Assembly (NCBI GenBank): GCA_009914755.4
Contig: CP068257.2
Coordinates: forward strand, 36,576,001-36,640,000
DNA length: 64,000 nt
Origin: the human T2T-CHM13v2.0 reference genome, Homo sapiens
Direction of reading: 5' to 3'
Shown here in pieces: positions 46,127 to 61,000 of the stretch (the first letter of the stretch is position 1; each line of letters opens with the position of its first letter). Both the position numbers and the translations under genes were made by a program. Under the pieces are notes generated by a model that saw nothing but the letters and a program-made list of their open reading frames with translations, did no database searches and was not told the DNA's origin.

Positions 46127-49100
46127 GGAATTGGCGCTGGGCTCTGGAGACTGTAATGTTTTAAACTCTAGGAGGAATGTCCTCTGAAAGATTGTTCAGA
46201 AGAGGAAGTTGTTTTCCCCACTGGAAGGAAAAGAGGGGAGAAGAGTCAGAATGATTAGATAAAAGTGCTTTCCAATATGTTATTGTCCAGAGCGTGGTGT
46301 AGAAAAACAAAAGTATAGTAAAAAATGATTCTCCCTTTCAGTTCTCTCTTTAACCTTTCTCTCTCTCTCACATTTTTGTACTCAGATGTTGCTCCCTGGT
46401 TAAAAATAATTCTGCAGTTGAAAAGCAAGTCACTTGGGAAGATCTGCAAGTTAAAGCCCTACCAATAGTTTTCAAATATGACAATAAATGTCTGGGTGGT
46501 GATGAAGGGTGACTTGCAGAAGCACCATTTTCCATTGAGAAGGTGGTTATTGGCTTGCTATTAGAGGAGGAAGAAAAGATCTATGTTTATGGTGCTGATG
46601 GAGAAGCGTTCAGAACTAGCTGCTTTTGTGTTTAATATTTCAGTGAGGCAGGTGTCCCTAAAGGCATGTTGACACTTACCTCTAAGGATTCAACCAGAAA
46701 TCTCTTTGATTTGACATTTATTTTACAACTTTGATGTTTGTGACCACTGCTCAGTTCCCACAGGTTGCTGTTTGACCACAACAAGGTCACAAAGCCACGA
46801 AGCCATAAAATATGTTCAATTCAATAGCTAGTTATGGCTCTCGGCTCAGGGACCCCACCTCCCCAAAAACTAGCAGTCTAGAGGACTCCCTTGGCAGAGA
46901 ATCTGAGCACATGCGTTCTGCAAAGCCTCTTCTGGGGTCCTGATTTATTTTTATTTTTTCACTTTCTCCCCTTTATTCTCTTGATGAGCTTCAAAAAAAA
47001 ATTCCATTGCAGCTGGCAAGGCCGAAAAGGTACTTAATTTCAACCACATTTTTGGTACCCTAGGAAAACTAATTAGAAATAATATACAGAGAACAAGGTA
47101 TGGCATAGATGCACAAGATCTTTGCAGGCCAGTGAGCAAACCAAAGATACGAGAAATCGTAGGTCTGCCAACCTTATCTTAAAGTAAAAAATTGAGTTAC
47201 AAACAAAATACAAGTGCCACCACTCCTAGTGTGGAGAAGTCAGCTTGGGCCCATATCCCAACTTTAAGTAAAGTAGAAAACATTTATTTTATGTCTGCTT
47301 TGCCGTGACTGCCCTACAGTGGAAACAGGACATTTTTGCCATGAATTTATCATTTGATGCAGATGTTTGGCTCAAGTTTCCTGATCTTGTCAGCAAAGTT
47401 GACGTTAAAACATTAGAACAAGAATTGTGGTTTATTTACGTTTTCTTACAAGGTGTAAATTTGCATATATGAGCTTTGTTTTTATTGCAGCCTCTTAGAG
47501 AGCCTCTAGTTTTGGAGTGTATGCCCTATTTTTTCTCCATGAATAGTTTGATAGTTGTACTTAAATTTATGGGTTCTTTCTACCTCTTTCTACCTTTATT
47601 TCTCCAAGTACCAGCACATTTTATTACAGTGATTGCTGCTTTCCTGTTATTTTTTTAATGGCCATCAAGAAATATAGACTCCCATCGTAGCATTGCAGGT
47701 GGCTAACCCCATCTTGACCTCTAGACTTTTCTAAGTCTGCAAAGAATAAAAACAAGGAGGAATTTGCAAAGTTCATCAAGTCTAGACCTTCCTTAGAGGC
47801 CTAATGATTATATTTGAAGCCACTCTGGCCAGTTTTCCTGATTGGAAATGGTTAAAAAGTAGCTAGGAAGTTCTGAAAAAGCAAAAGTGGTTAAGATAAC
47901 AAGTTAAGCATTAGCAAGGAAGTTTTTCTTGAGTTCAAGTATTAATACATGGTCTGGGCTTTAGGAGTAATTTTACACCAGTTGTCTGTTTTCCTTTCAG
48001 AGGTGGATGGAAAGTTGTTCTCAAAATGCATCTGAGTTGTTGAATATCCATTATGTTACAGGGAAGCCATTCCTTCTTCCAAAACAGTTTTAATTTTTAT
48101 GGAGTCTAAGTTAAAACAGGAACATTTATTTTCTTATGGGTAAAGTTCCTGGAATGCTCTATTACATGGATTTAGTACATTTTTTGACCAAATAACACTT
48201 GACCAAACATTATTTTCAAAATTGATCTCTCTTTAAAAAACAAAAAGATTTAAAAATATGGTTCCTTTTGCTGATGAGCATCATACTTTGGCATTTAGTC
48301 TGTAAAACCTTGGCATTTAGTCTGTCTTCCTGGAGCTCAGTTTCTTGAAATGCACATCTCGCATTCAGGGCTTTCATACTCAACAGGTGGTACCAGCCAC
48401 TGGTGTTCTGCTTATAATAAAAATGATACATGTGTATTAATATTGCTCTTGTAGTTAATAAACACACCCAAATCTGGTTAATTTGTTCAAATTATTGACA
48501 GATTCTCTGTGATTTACCAGGATTAATGAGTATGCAAATACAAGGAAGAATGCCCAGGATAGAGAACATCATGGAACATATTGTACTTTATTGTAAAATA
48601 AAAATAGCCCTGGACAGCCCATGGAATGCGTTCTAACAGCATAATCAGTTCTTTACTGTGGTTTTCCTGCCAGGCGGGGAGCCCTGTGTCACACAGGGTG
48701 GGTGCCAAGTGTCTGGTTTGCGCTTTGGTAAGATTTTTCTTTTTCTTCCTGATAATTTTCAGGTTTGCAGTTTCTCCAAGTGCAAAACATCCAAGCCACC
48801 TCCCTCTGCAGTGGAGTATTGATTTTGTTCTAGATTTCTCAGCAAAGGTTGGGATATTAGAGTTCAAAACACAAGTGGGCAGGGTGAGCCCACAGTCTCT
48901 GTGACGGGGCCTGCTGGACACTCCCAGTCTGCCGGCGAATGGCAGAGGCCTGGGACAGCACGGTGGAATTTTCATCTCGTGCAAATGAACTTGGCCTCTT
49001 AGATCCAGGTCCTCTGCTACCAACAGTGAATTTGTTACAGTGTGAAATGCTGAGGCAACTACCTAAATAAATCTGGGCAAAATATACTATCGAAGCAATC

Positions 49101-49167
49101 TGGGATTTCCACCCTTCATGAATTATCTCACATTTTAGTCTAAATTGTTTAAGAATGACTTGCTCAC

Positions 49168-49561
<394 letters not shown>

Positions 49562-50849
49562 TTATTCTTAACAGGCTGATGATCCTGGAGCCCACGGCCA
49601 CACTTCTGGGCTCTAGTCACCTCTAATCCACGTTGTGATAATTGGTCATTTTGTTTTGTGCAGGCAAGACTTGGATGTGCAATTTTCATACCATCTCTTG
49701 ATTGTTTACCCAAACAGAAAATGTAACCAGGGAACCAGCAATATGGTAGTTATGCACTTCCCAAATCAACTTGAAGTTGATCCTAAATGCACGCTGTTTC
49801 CACTGCTGCTTCTCTGATGCAGGTTCTGCCCCAGTGATAGTGAGCTGGGGTTACTGTGAACCAAGATTGCACACGGGGCTATATGTGGAAACTCCGACCC
49901 CATGGTGCCTGCCACACACTCACACACATACTCTTTGAGACCCAACCAAACCAGCACTCAGAGGCAAAGAGTTTAAAGAGGTGGGGCTTTATCCAACATT
50001 GGAACCATTTTAAATTCCCCAAGTAGCTCCATTTCAAGTTCTTCAGATGGCCTATGAAGATCGATAGGACGTCTTTCCCTAAGCCCTTGCCCTCGTGCCT
50101 CTCCTGACACACGCCCAGCATCTCTCTTCTGGAGGCCTTCCCTGCTAAAGCTCTTTCTGTGCAACTTCTTGGCTGACTCCTCCATCCCCAGGAGGCTCTA
50201 TCTAACAGCAGCCTCATCAGGGACACCTTCCCCTCCTGCCACCTGCTCTGTGTTCCCCCAGCCCACATCTTCATTACACAAACTATTTGTATGCTCACTT
50301 ATAAGCTTAAGGGAAAGAGACAGTAAGCTCGTCTGGGTAGGAAGTCTGTTTTGTTTACTGCAGTCTCCATATCCTATGGAAGGGTGCCGGGCCCACTGTA
50401 GATGCTAAATTAAAACCTGGTAAATGTTGAACAAATAAAATGATTAAATCAAATGGTGTAGTATGCAAGGAAGAAACAAAGATAGGGATTCAAGCCCTGC
50501 CTCTCTACCTGGCTGTGTGACTTCAGCTCAGTTATTGAACTTCTCTTGCTTTTAATCTTCTTATCATTATAATTACTGAGATTTGGGCCACGTTTTTAGA
50601 AAGTTAAGATTTTGGGTGGCTTTTTGAGCTTTGACACTTTAAAATTGTTTATCTTCTTTTCTGATTTTTTTTTTCCTGCTGGGCTGTAATTTTCTTAAGG
50701 GCAGGATTATTAAAGATGCATCTGTTTATTTCCTGAAATTCACAGGACAACACTTACACTCAGGTGCTCAATAATCATTTGTTGGAAATAACCTGTTTTG
50801 TTTTTTCCCCAGAAAGCCTGTTTCAAAAGGTGTATTTTATAGTATTTGA

Positions 50850-51249
<400 letters not shown>

Positions 51250-53049
51250 TAGCCTGAAAACAGCCATAAACAATTTGTGAACAAATGGGCATGGCTGTCT
51301 TGAAATGAAACTTTATTTGCAAAAAACAAATGGCAGGCTGCATTTGACCTGGGAGCTATAGTTTGCTGGCCCAGCACTAGACGGTTATTGTCATAAAATA
51401 ACCATTTTCTAAAAACGAACTCTTTGTTTCCACTGTGTTTCTGAGTAAGTTACATGAGATCATTTAAGTTTCATTTCTATTGTTGGCCATTTGTTATATG
51501 AATAAAGATTTGCTAAGTGACCCTCAAGCTTGGGTCTTTATTTCATTTTTAGATTATATAAGGCTTGACCCACTTAAGAAATGTAACCGTCTTTTTATTT
51601 CTCCTATTAATTTTTTTTTTGTCTTTGTGACTATCTTGTTTATACAAACTGAACCTGAGACAAAGCCGCTAGTGACTGCTTTTTGTGGTTAAACTGGTTT
51701 CGAACCCACCAAAGTCTAGAAGAGGGAAAGAAAGAATTGTACCAGATTTGATGTGTTTTGTGTAACGTAAGCCAGATTGTACCTCCTTCTCTCTCTCCCA
51801 GGTCTGTATACAACTTAGGACCAAGAGGTGGACTTTGGTGTCTTAGTTCAAGCTCTAAAAATACCAGGGAAGCAGGGACCACGGCACATCCCAGGCTTGG
51901 TGCAGAAACCTGACCTGAATTGGACCTTAAGATCAGAATATAGATCTATTGTCTTTCCTCACCTGGCTGTTACCAAACTAACTTCCGCATCTCCTGGGAG
52001 TGCTTTCTATTTCATCCAGGCAGTGCCCTTATCTGATCTGGAGTGGGTTTATCTCTGGGAGAGCTATTGAAGTGCCTGACAGGAGAGGACACTAAGAGTA
52101 CCTCCAGTCTCCAACTGCCTCCTCCGGCAGAACTGAGCAAGTCCTAACCATGCCAAAAACATCATTATCTCTGGTTCCATCTTAGTCCCTGCACACCCTA
52201 GGATTCAAGGACTCAAGTAAGTTGGGGAGGGGAACATCTTTTCACCCCTGGAAAACCTTGTCTCCTCCCAAGCCCTGGGAGGGGAGAACTGCTGCTAATG
52301 AGATGCTGGTAGTTAGTCTTGTAATTTTTACAGTATTATCTGCAGAATGAATGACTACCAGCAGGTACTCTGAATCTCTTTTCTTTCTAATAAGATGTAA
52401 TCAACGAACCAGATTGTGGCCTTGGAGCTGACCAAAGGATCAGCTAAAGGAATTGGACACATCCTGAGCTAGTTAACACATGGGTATTGTCGGTCTAAGA
52501 TGCTCTTTAGGGGCTAGTGACTCATTCATGATGTGCAGGAAATGGCACAGACACCTCCATGACCACAGAAGGTTTCTACAGGCGCCGTCATCACAGGGTC
52601 TACAAACAGAAGGAAGTCAGAGAGAGAGGCTCAGGGGAAGGCAAGGCGGGGCTGGAGACCTGGATTCTACGTCGGAGTTTACCGCATCCTGGTTCTATTC
52701 CCAAAGTCCTCTCTGTGTGGCCATATGCCTGATTCTCAGCCTGGCTTCATTCCAGTCATCTCAGGATCTTACAAACAACATTGATGTCCAGGCCCCACCC
52801 CAGACCAATGAAATCAGAATCTCTTGGACATTAAAAAAAAAAATGAGTGATTCTTTCTGGGTGATTCTAATATGTGGTCAGGGTTGAGGCCACTGCTTTA
52901 CTTCATTACATCATGACACTAAAAATACTACTGGAAAGAAAAAAGGAGGGCTACCATCTGCCTTCCAATCTCTTCAGCTGGGAACCTCTTCATAAGACTG
53001 TATCTGAAACCAGGATACGAGATCCTTATAAGTAATTCCATTTATAATA

Positions 53050-53250
53050 ACAAAGAAAGAAAAGAAAGAAAGAAAGAGAGAGAGAGAAAGAAAGAAAGGA
53101 GGGAAGGAAGGAGAGAGGAAGGAAGGGAAGGGAAAGAGAGACAGAGAAAGGAAAGAAGAAAGAAAGAAGGAAAGGGAAGAAAGAAAGAAGGAAAGGAAAG
53201 AAAGAAAGAGAGAGAAAGAGAAAGGAAGGAAGGAGAAAGAGAATGAAAGG
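53050..53250. repeat. (GAAA)n/(GGAA)n purine-rich microsatellite (about 200 bp)
   Basis: The plus strand is essentially all purine: 'aaagaaagaaaagaaagaaagaaagagagagagagaaagaaagaaaggagggaaggaaggagag...'. Confidence 0.95.
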
Positions 53251-54475
53251 TGTTTACAGCTGGAAATCAAACAGAACTTTGCCTGACACATGTTCATTTT
53301 TGGCCATTTTTGCCTTTTTTGTGGTGTGAACCATTAGTTCAGCCCAGTTAACCCTGAGACCACCCACAAAGACTGAATTCAGAGGTGGCTGTCCAGTACA
53401 GTGATTCAAGGTGAGGCCTGTGAAGTGAGATCAAGATTTGAATTTCTGCTTCTCAGTTCACCAACTATTTGACCTTGGGCAAGTGACTTAATTCAAGACT
53501 TAGTTTTATCATTTATAAAGTAAGAAGAATAATACCTGTCTTACATACTCTGATTTGTTGATATGATAGTCAATATGCTATAAGAATAAATTAATAATTA
53601 AATGACACGGTAGACATAAGGCATTTAAATCTAATTCCTGATCCACAGCAAACCTTCAACAAATAGCAGCTGTTATCATCAGAGCTAAAACGAATCATGT
53701 ATCTAGGCTAGGGTCTGGTTTCTTTGCTGTTTTGGATAATGGCTTAGGAATAAGAATAATGCCCACTGAAGAAGTCTTGATTTTTCTTAAAGCTCTAAGC
53801 TCACTAGAGTTTTTTGCGCGTTGCCAATTTCAATCAGATCCAGGAGTATTGGTTACTGTTGGCCTATATGATGAAGATTAACTTTTGGAAGAATCTTTCT
53901 GTGGAATGCAGGCCAAAAGAATTCTGAGGCTGCTTTTGATTTGCTTTGAGTTCGTTGCAGCTAATGTGAAGGATGCAAATATTTCTATATTCCCTACTAT
54001 CTGCTTGGGGTCTTCAAGAGATGAGTTACAGTGACCTGGAGGTAACATTTTAAAAATGTTAGTTAAGATTAGTGTTAAAAACACAGACAAAGTCTGAATC
54101 TCTCCAATGCTTGATTTTAATTTTTAAAAAAGAGGAACATATTACAAAGGAAGCAGAATTTCAACATAATCTTTAGATGGTAAATTATGTTTTACATTAG
54201 TCTGCATTATTACCACAATACTTGCACCTGGCTGGTATGAGGAGTGTGTGTGTGGGTTAAAGGGAGCTGTTATTTACCTGCTTATCTATCAGACTGGTAA
54301 TACCAATCTCACTCTGCAAATTTAACATCAGGGATTTACTGTTCATAATAGAATAAATGCATATTGAGAACCACACTTGAACTTAGCCCTTCTGACAGGA
54401 AACTTTCAAAGTTAGAAGTTACACTGAGCTTGAATTTTAAGAGAGAGGAAAAGTCATTTAATAAAACTAAAAAAT

Positions 54476-55092
54476 GAAGGATGGATGGATGGATGGATGC
54501 ATAGGTAGATGGATGGATGCATAAGTGGATGGATGGATGGATGGGTGAATGGATGGATGGATGGATGGATGGATGGATGGATGGATGGATGGATGCATGG
54601 ATGGATGGATGGATGGATGCATGGATGTATAGGTATATGGATGGATGGACAGATGGATGGATGGATGCATAGGTAGATGGATGGATGGATAAATGGATTG
54701 ATGGATGGATGGATGGATGGATGGATAAATGGATGTATGGCTAAATGGATAGATGGATAGATGCATAGGTGGATGGATGGATCGATGGGTAAATGGATGG
54801 ATGGATAGATACATAGGTGGATGGATGGATGGATGGATGGATGAATGGATGTATGGATAAACGGATGGATAGATGGATAAATGGATGGTTGGATAGATGC
54901 ATAGGTGGATGGATGTATGGATGAATGGATGTATGGATAAACGGATGGATAGATGGATAAATGGATGGTTGGATAGATGCATAGGTGGATGGATGGATGG
55001 ATGGATGGATGGATGGATGGATGGAAAGATGCATGCATGCATAGGTAGATAAATGGATGAATGGATATGTAGGTAGATGGATGGATTGATTG
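54476..55092. repeat. (GGAT)n-based minisatellite (about 620 bp), with interspersed 'gcataggtagat' variants
   Basis: Long runs of 'ggatggatggatgg'. The overlapping 138-aa to 194-aa ORFs ([11 protein letters not shown]...) are translation artefacts. Confidence 0.95.
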
Positions 55093-58000
55093 AATAAAAT
55101 GCTGAAGTTAATAGAATCCTCTGTTACTCTGTATGCCCATATGTTCTTCATGGCCACATGTAAGGTTAGCCTTATGATGAAAGATTGGCATCAGTATTGT
55201 CATTTTTATTTCAGCTTGTGCCTAGGTTACATGTTCTCATATGTTCCCCATAAACATTCACATGGTCCAGTGTGCAACTATGAAAGAAGCTTCCCATCAC
55301 CTGTGCCTCCCAATCTCACCCCACTCACTGCAATCTGAGGAAGAAATCCAACACCAAACAAACACTAGAAAGCACCTTGCTGGCGTGGGCTTCCTGTTAA
55401 CTAAACTAAAATTCCATCTCTAGGACTCAGTGAACTGACAAGTGTTATTGCTTCCAAACTTGGGCTATGTTCACTCCATCCAGGTGCATTTCTACAATTC
55501 AAGTAAACATTTTCACTGTAAACTTATTGCTAGTAAGAGCACACCACATCACAAGGAACAGCAAATAGCAGACATATCTTTGCGCCTTCACACAGCAGCA
55601 CAGAAATTATATCTGGTACTTGATTCAGTGTCAGGTGGTATAAGCACTTCATCAACAAATGAAGAACAGAAGGGGTAACTGAGCAGCGACAAATATTTCG
55701 TTAAGTTCTGTAACCAAGATAAGAGATAGATTCTCACACTTGATTGCTGGGAATACACACATCCTATAAAAGCCAAGAAAGTTAGAAAGTTAACTAAGTG
55801 GCACAAACTTTATAGCTTATCAGTACAATGCAAGGCACTTCAGGAAAACTGGCATGATAAAGCTTGGTTTCCTAGGAACAAGCTAATTAAATTATATTTA
55901 TTCAAGTAATCTAAACTATTTAACTATTCAAGTGGTTGGACAATAAAAGAACTAGAATAAGACTCAGAAAAGCCTAGTACCTACATTGCTCTCCCTGGGA
56001 GGTGCAGCAGCACTTTGAGGGCATGCAAATTGTTTAAGATATTTTAAGGCAGCTCAGGATCTCTGCATACATTCTAGTGAAAACAGCAGATCTTGAAGGA
56101 ACTGGAGTGCACGGCTTCTGTGTCCCACAATTCAAACATGAGAGGAGATGAGAACTCCTGTATTATAAGATGGCTTTGCACATGATTGTTCCTAGAGGTG
56201 AGTTTTCAGGCAAAACAGAGGGAGCTCCCTGTCTGAGTGCAACCAGCAGGAAGAGGACCTTGATGCTGGCCACCTTTGCCCCTCACCATGGAGCTGCATT
56301 CCCTGATGTCTTCTGACAGAACACACGTGGTGCAGGACAATTCCCATGCCTTCCCTTCTCCAAACTGCATAAGGACCCTGGGAGGTAAACTGTTTTTCTC
56401 AGTTCACTAGTGCAAAACCATCTCAGATAAGTCAATCCGCTTGCCTCAGATCATTGAGTTAGTAAGTAGCAGCTCTAGAATTTGAATCTATAGCTAAGAC
56501 CAAACCTACATTTCTCCCTTGCACCCCCAATGGACTTTACTCCTTGCCAGAAAGAAAGAATATAACCATTTAGTGTCCCAAGGCAAGAATTACAGCTTCG
56601 GTTCAATTTTGCTGTTGGTGTCCACACTGTAAAATGAGATTTGACTGGCAAGATAAGACATACCACTGAGCAATTTGAAAAACAAAACATAATGACTTTT
56701 GCCCAAGAGATTGCAATGATTGTTTAAATTGATAACCCAAGTACTCTTTCTGATGTGCGTACTAGGTGATATATGTTATTTACTGATTGATAAATGGTAA
56801 GGCTGCACCTTTAGAATTACTGCTGCCTACTAAGTACACACAGATTTCAGAAGGGAAGTAAGCAGAGGTGAGTTTTCAGTCATAACTCAACTATCACTCT
56901 GAGTTAGGGTGACCACAATGGCAAACCAAAGCCAGTGGAACAGAATGGATGACAGATAGGAAATATTCTCCAGCATGTGATCAGGAATAAATGCATGGAG
57001 GTGAAACAACTCCAGGAATTTTTCTTAATGAAGAAGTAAAGAAAACACAGTCACTGCATGTCTAGTCTGTATAGGTGTGGTCAAACACCAAGGAAACTAA
57101 AGACTGTATGTTTGACTTTAATTTCAGAAGCCTGACTTTGGCTCAGTCATAATTCTCTAGCTTTTATTCTTCAGGTCAGACAGTCAAGGAGAAGAAAAAT
57201 AAGAAAAACCAGTACCCTATTATTAGGCATTCTTTATCATCTCTTTTTCAGCTGGAGTCTCCATCATCTCTACGTGCACATTTGATAAGCTGAAGTGCAA
57301 TGATAGAATAAGATGATCTTGGACAGCTTTCTCTTTGAATTCATTTTTAGCTTAATGTATTTGTTGTGGCTTCTCTAGGAAATGTTTGCTGAATTAGCCC
57401 CTGTGCATTGCTAGGGCTGATAAGGAATAGTCAAGAGTTTGAGTTCACAACACCCTCTTTCTATACTCCTGCTAGTCCTTCAGTGTGAAGTCCCTTAGAT
57501 TTTTATGACAACTGGGCTGAGATCTTTCACTTTACGTAACTTAGCCAATTCGCATTGCTCAGTTTTTCCACAATAACTAGAATATTTGGCAAAAGGGCAC
57601 AATTTTGCAATGGGAAAGCTCCCAAAGTGAAAAACCTAGTTGTTTACCCAGTTCTGCTAATAATAAATACCCAAGATGAGACCTGGGACTTCTCCTAGGC
57701 CCTCTTGCATTGATGCCAGGTAGAAGGAGGGGTATTAGTGCAGAATCAGGGTTTGAATGACATTCTTCTCTGTGGATATTAGAGGGATAAACTGTATGGA
57801 TTGATAGGGAGGTGGTTCAGTATGTTACAAATGAGGACGTTATAGCCTAATAATATCACTACATGCTGGAGCAAATAAAGGGCCATAAAACATGCAGTGT
57901 GTACCCAGCTAGCTCTTCCAGAGGCCAAGAACTAAACTTGGAAAAGGGTGAAAGGGGCCTGATCTATGCTCAGGAATTGAAATGTCATAGCAAGAAATAT

Positions 58001-61000
58001 CAGTACAGAAGAGATCTGGAGGTTCACATGCTTCAGACAGTTTGATGGAACTTGGTGATGAAGGACGTGCCGGAATACAGCAGGTAGAATCAAACACCTG
58101 GCCTGTCCATTGATATTGCCAACTTGAAAGACAGATATCCCATTGGCTTGGTGATTTGTTTTTAAAGCTGAAATGTGTGATTGATCATCAGTCAAGCACC
58201 AATTGACCAATTGCTAAAATATGAAAATGGAAGGAAATGTAGAATGAATCACTACTTTTGTCTTCTCCAGTTGATCTTTGAAATTATTCAGGGTGATAAT
58301 CGCATTTTCTGTAATATTCTATTTCAAATATTGTAAAGTGGGTCTTGGAGTGTTGGGTTCAAAGTCAGTCTGTTGTAGGTAAGACGTGTCTGGCCATCTG
58401 GTAGAGATAGGGTCCACGGCACACATACCTCACAGTCTGGCCTAGGAGCCTCCCTGTACAGTTGATTCAGAGTTAAACCACAATAAGACAACAATAGAAG
58501 AGGTGGGGGGTAATACAAGCCAGCATGCCACACATTGATGAATGATCCGGCGAGGCTTTCAAAGCAAGGCGGGATTACTCTGGTTGCAGTGGGCTGGAGA
58601 AGGTAACTGTACTTAGCAGATATTGCTTTTCTATTTGCCAGCCCACACTGTCAACAGTGGAAAACAGTCATTATCATATCCCTTCTTTGACGGGAATTGC
58701 CACAAAATAGTTCACTTGGTAAAAGCCTGTCTGAGGTGAACCAGGAACAAACGGTGTGTATTTAACATGTGGTGTAAGGTTGCACCAACAATAAAGGAAT
58801 AAAGTTCAATTTGAATAAGGCAAGAGGAAACCGGATCACCGTTGGGTTCATGTCAGTGGTTGTTTCACAGTTTCTCAATTCTGAAGCCATGCTGCTGATA
58901 GGGACCTAGAATCACCAACTAACTCCAGTAGAAGTTTAAAGGACACTTCCATACGGAGCCCCTATAGAGAGAGGCGGGCACTTCATGCACCCAACTTTTA
59001 AGTATATACATTCCCACCTGACAAAGTTAGATTTTACAGATGCCGTGGCAAATGTGCACTCAGTGCTAACAAATTAGGATATCAGGCCTGTATTAATGCT
59101 TTCATTTTCCAATTATTTTTTATTGCATTTAACAGCTGACTTCAAAAGAGCTGAGGACACACAGAGGAATAGCGTGACCCATCATCGCAATTTGCCAGCG
59201 AGTAGGGGATTTCTTAGGATGTGGGACTTTAAGTGTTAAAAACCAGGGCAGTCAGTGGAAAATCAGGATTATTGGTCACCTTACAAAGGAATGACTTGGA
59301 GGTAACATTTTTATTAAGTAAGTTTTGCATTTTTGGATAATTTTTGAACCATCTCATTTAAGAAGAATGTGGATAAAATAGCTTCCATGTCTTCCTGAGG
59401 AGGAACGCTTTGTGTTGAGGATGGTGGGTGGTGGGAAGATGGGGAAGCCTCCAGTGGGAGGCTAGAGGTTGCTTTCAGCTCCATTTACTTCTCCCAAGGG
59501 AAAGCTAAAGGACAAGGGGAGACAGGCGATTCTATAACCAAAGCCATTTTTCTTGTGATTTCTTGCTGTCTAAACTCCATGAGGCTAAGGCTAGAGTTAC
59601 ATTGCTAAACTGTCCCAGAGATCAGATCACTTGGCTCTTTTAATCTTTACTTAAATAATCTTTAATTATTTGCTCTTCATTTTTCCTGGAATGTCAACAA
59701 CCCTACTTTGTCTCCACCTATGGAAATCTTGTGGGCTGCACTCAATTGTTCCCACCTCTGGAAGGCTACCTTCAAACTCCCAGGTAGAGTAAATTCCCCT
59801 TCCTGTGGGCTTCTAGAATATTATGGTCCTATAACACTTATCACACAATATCATGGTTAGCTATTTGTCCATCTTTCTGCTGAACTATAATTTACTCCAG
59901 TTTAGGAACTGGAGGGTCTTTGGAACTCAGCAAAAAGAAGACATCTGATTTAGTTACTAATCAAACTAAATTGACATGATACCAATAACAAAGGTTTCTA
60001 TTAGTAACAAGAAAGCCCTGCTAGGATTCTCCTGGCATTTTGAGGAAAAGACTATATGCATAATAAAATCTCGTGCATCTTAAATGGAATTCCACATTTT
60101 AGTGCTGAAATTCACGATTTTATTTTAATTGGGAAACTGACAAAGTGGAGGAGGATGGGAATATTGAGGGATTGAGGAGCAATGATTAGGGGTAGTAATA
60201 GCACCTGCACCATGGATTGCAAAGCATTCTATCACTCACAGGATTAACCATCATAGCCAGTGCTGCTGGGAGTCTTCCCCAAGCCCTGTGAATGTTCTGC
60301 ACTGCTTCTGAGAGCCCATTCCTGTGCTTCTCTGTGTGTATTAATTTTAACAGCCTGCTGCCCCTACCACCATCTTCATAAGATTGCCCTTGGGCTATGG
60401 GAGCCACTTCCATTTCCATTGCAGATGCAGGAAGCCAGAGCCCTTGGGAAATTGCATGCTCCCATCACCCTTTCTACTCTCAGTCAAAGACTGATGGGCA
60501 GCATCATGAAAGCCCAGCTCTCTTACCTAGGATGCTATTTTCACTCCAGAACTCCCTCCCCAGGATTAGGCAGGGACTGGGTCTTGTCCTTGTCCTAAAA
60601 TTGTACCCTGGCTTCTTCCCTTCCTGACTTGCTTTCCCCACACCACTTTGGGTTCCTCCTGGGAGTACTACTTTAATAAATTGCCTGCGCATTTTTGTCT
60701 CAACGTCTATTTCCATATAATCTACCTCCAGACAAGATTTTAATTTTGTGGCTTCCCAGGACAAGCTTCTTGCTAGAAAGACCCAAAGGCAAGTAGGTCC
60801 TCACCTCTGGCCTGTGAGGTCTGGAAATGGGTACACATTATGCTCCAAGACTCACCTATATTCCAAGGAATCATTTTCAATGCCTCTAGGATAAGGATGG
60901 TGAGAACAAACTGGAGACAGCTGGCCATATCATGATGCACCTGTGGAGGGCTCTTTAAGCTGCTAGATTCATGGAAGATTCTGAGGAAGTTTTAAGAACT

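Noticed and set aside
48523-49023. 166-aa minus-strand ORF
   Set aside because: No recognisable motif. It is overlapped by two other ORFs in different frames, and the ORF track uses alternative starts. The composition does not resemble that of a coding sequence. I retain it only as unverified.
52480-52887. 135-aa plus-strand ORF
   Set aside because: No family resemblance and no splice or promoter context that I can see. Probably chance.
54454-55157. ORFs of 138-194 aa ([11 protein letters not shown]...)
   Set aside because: They are translations of the (GGAT)n minisatellite, which is open in all frames for the same low-complexity reason.
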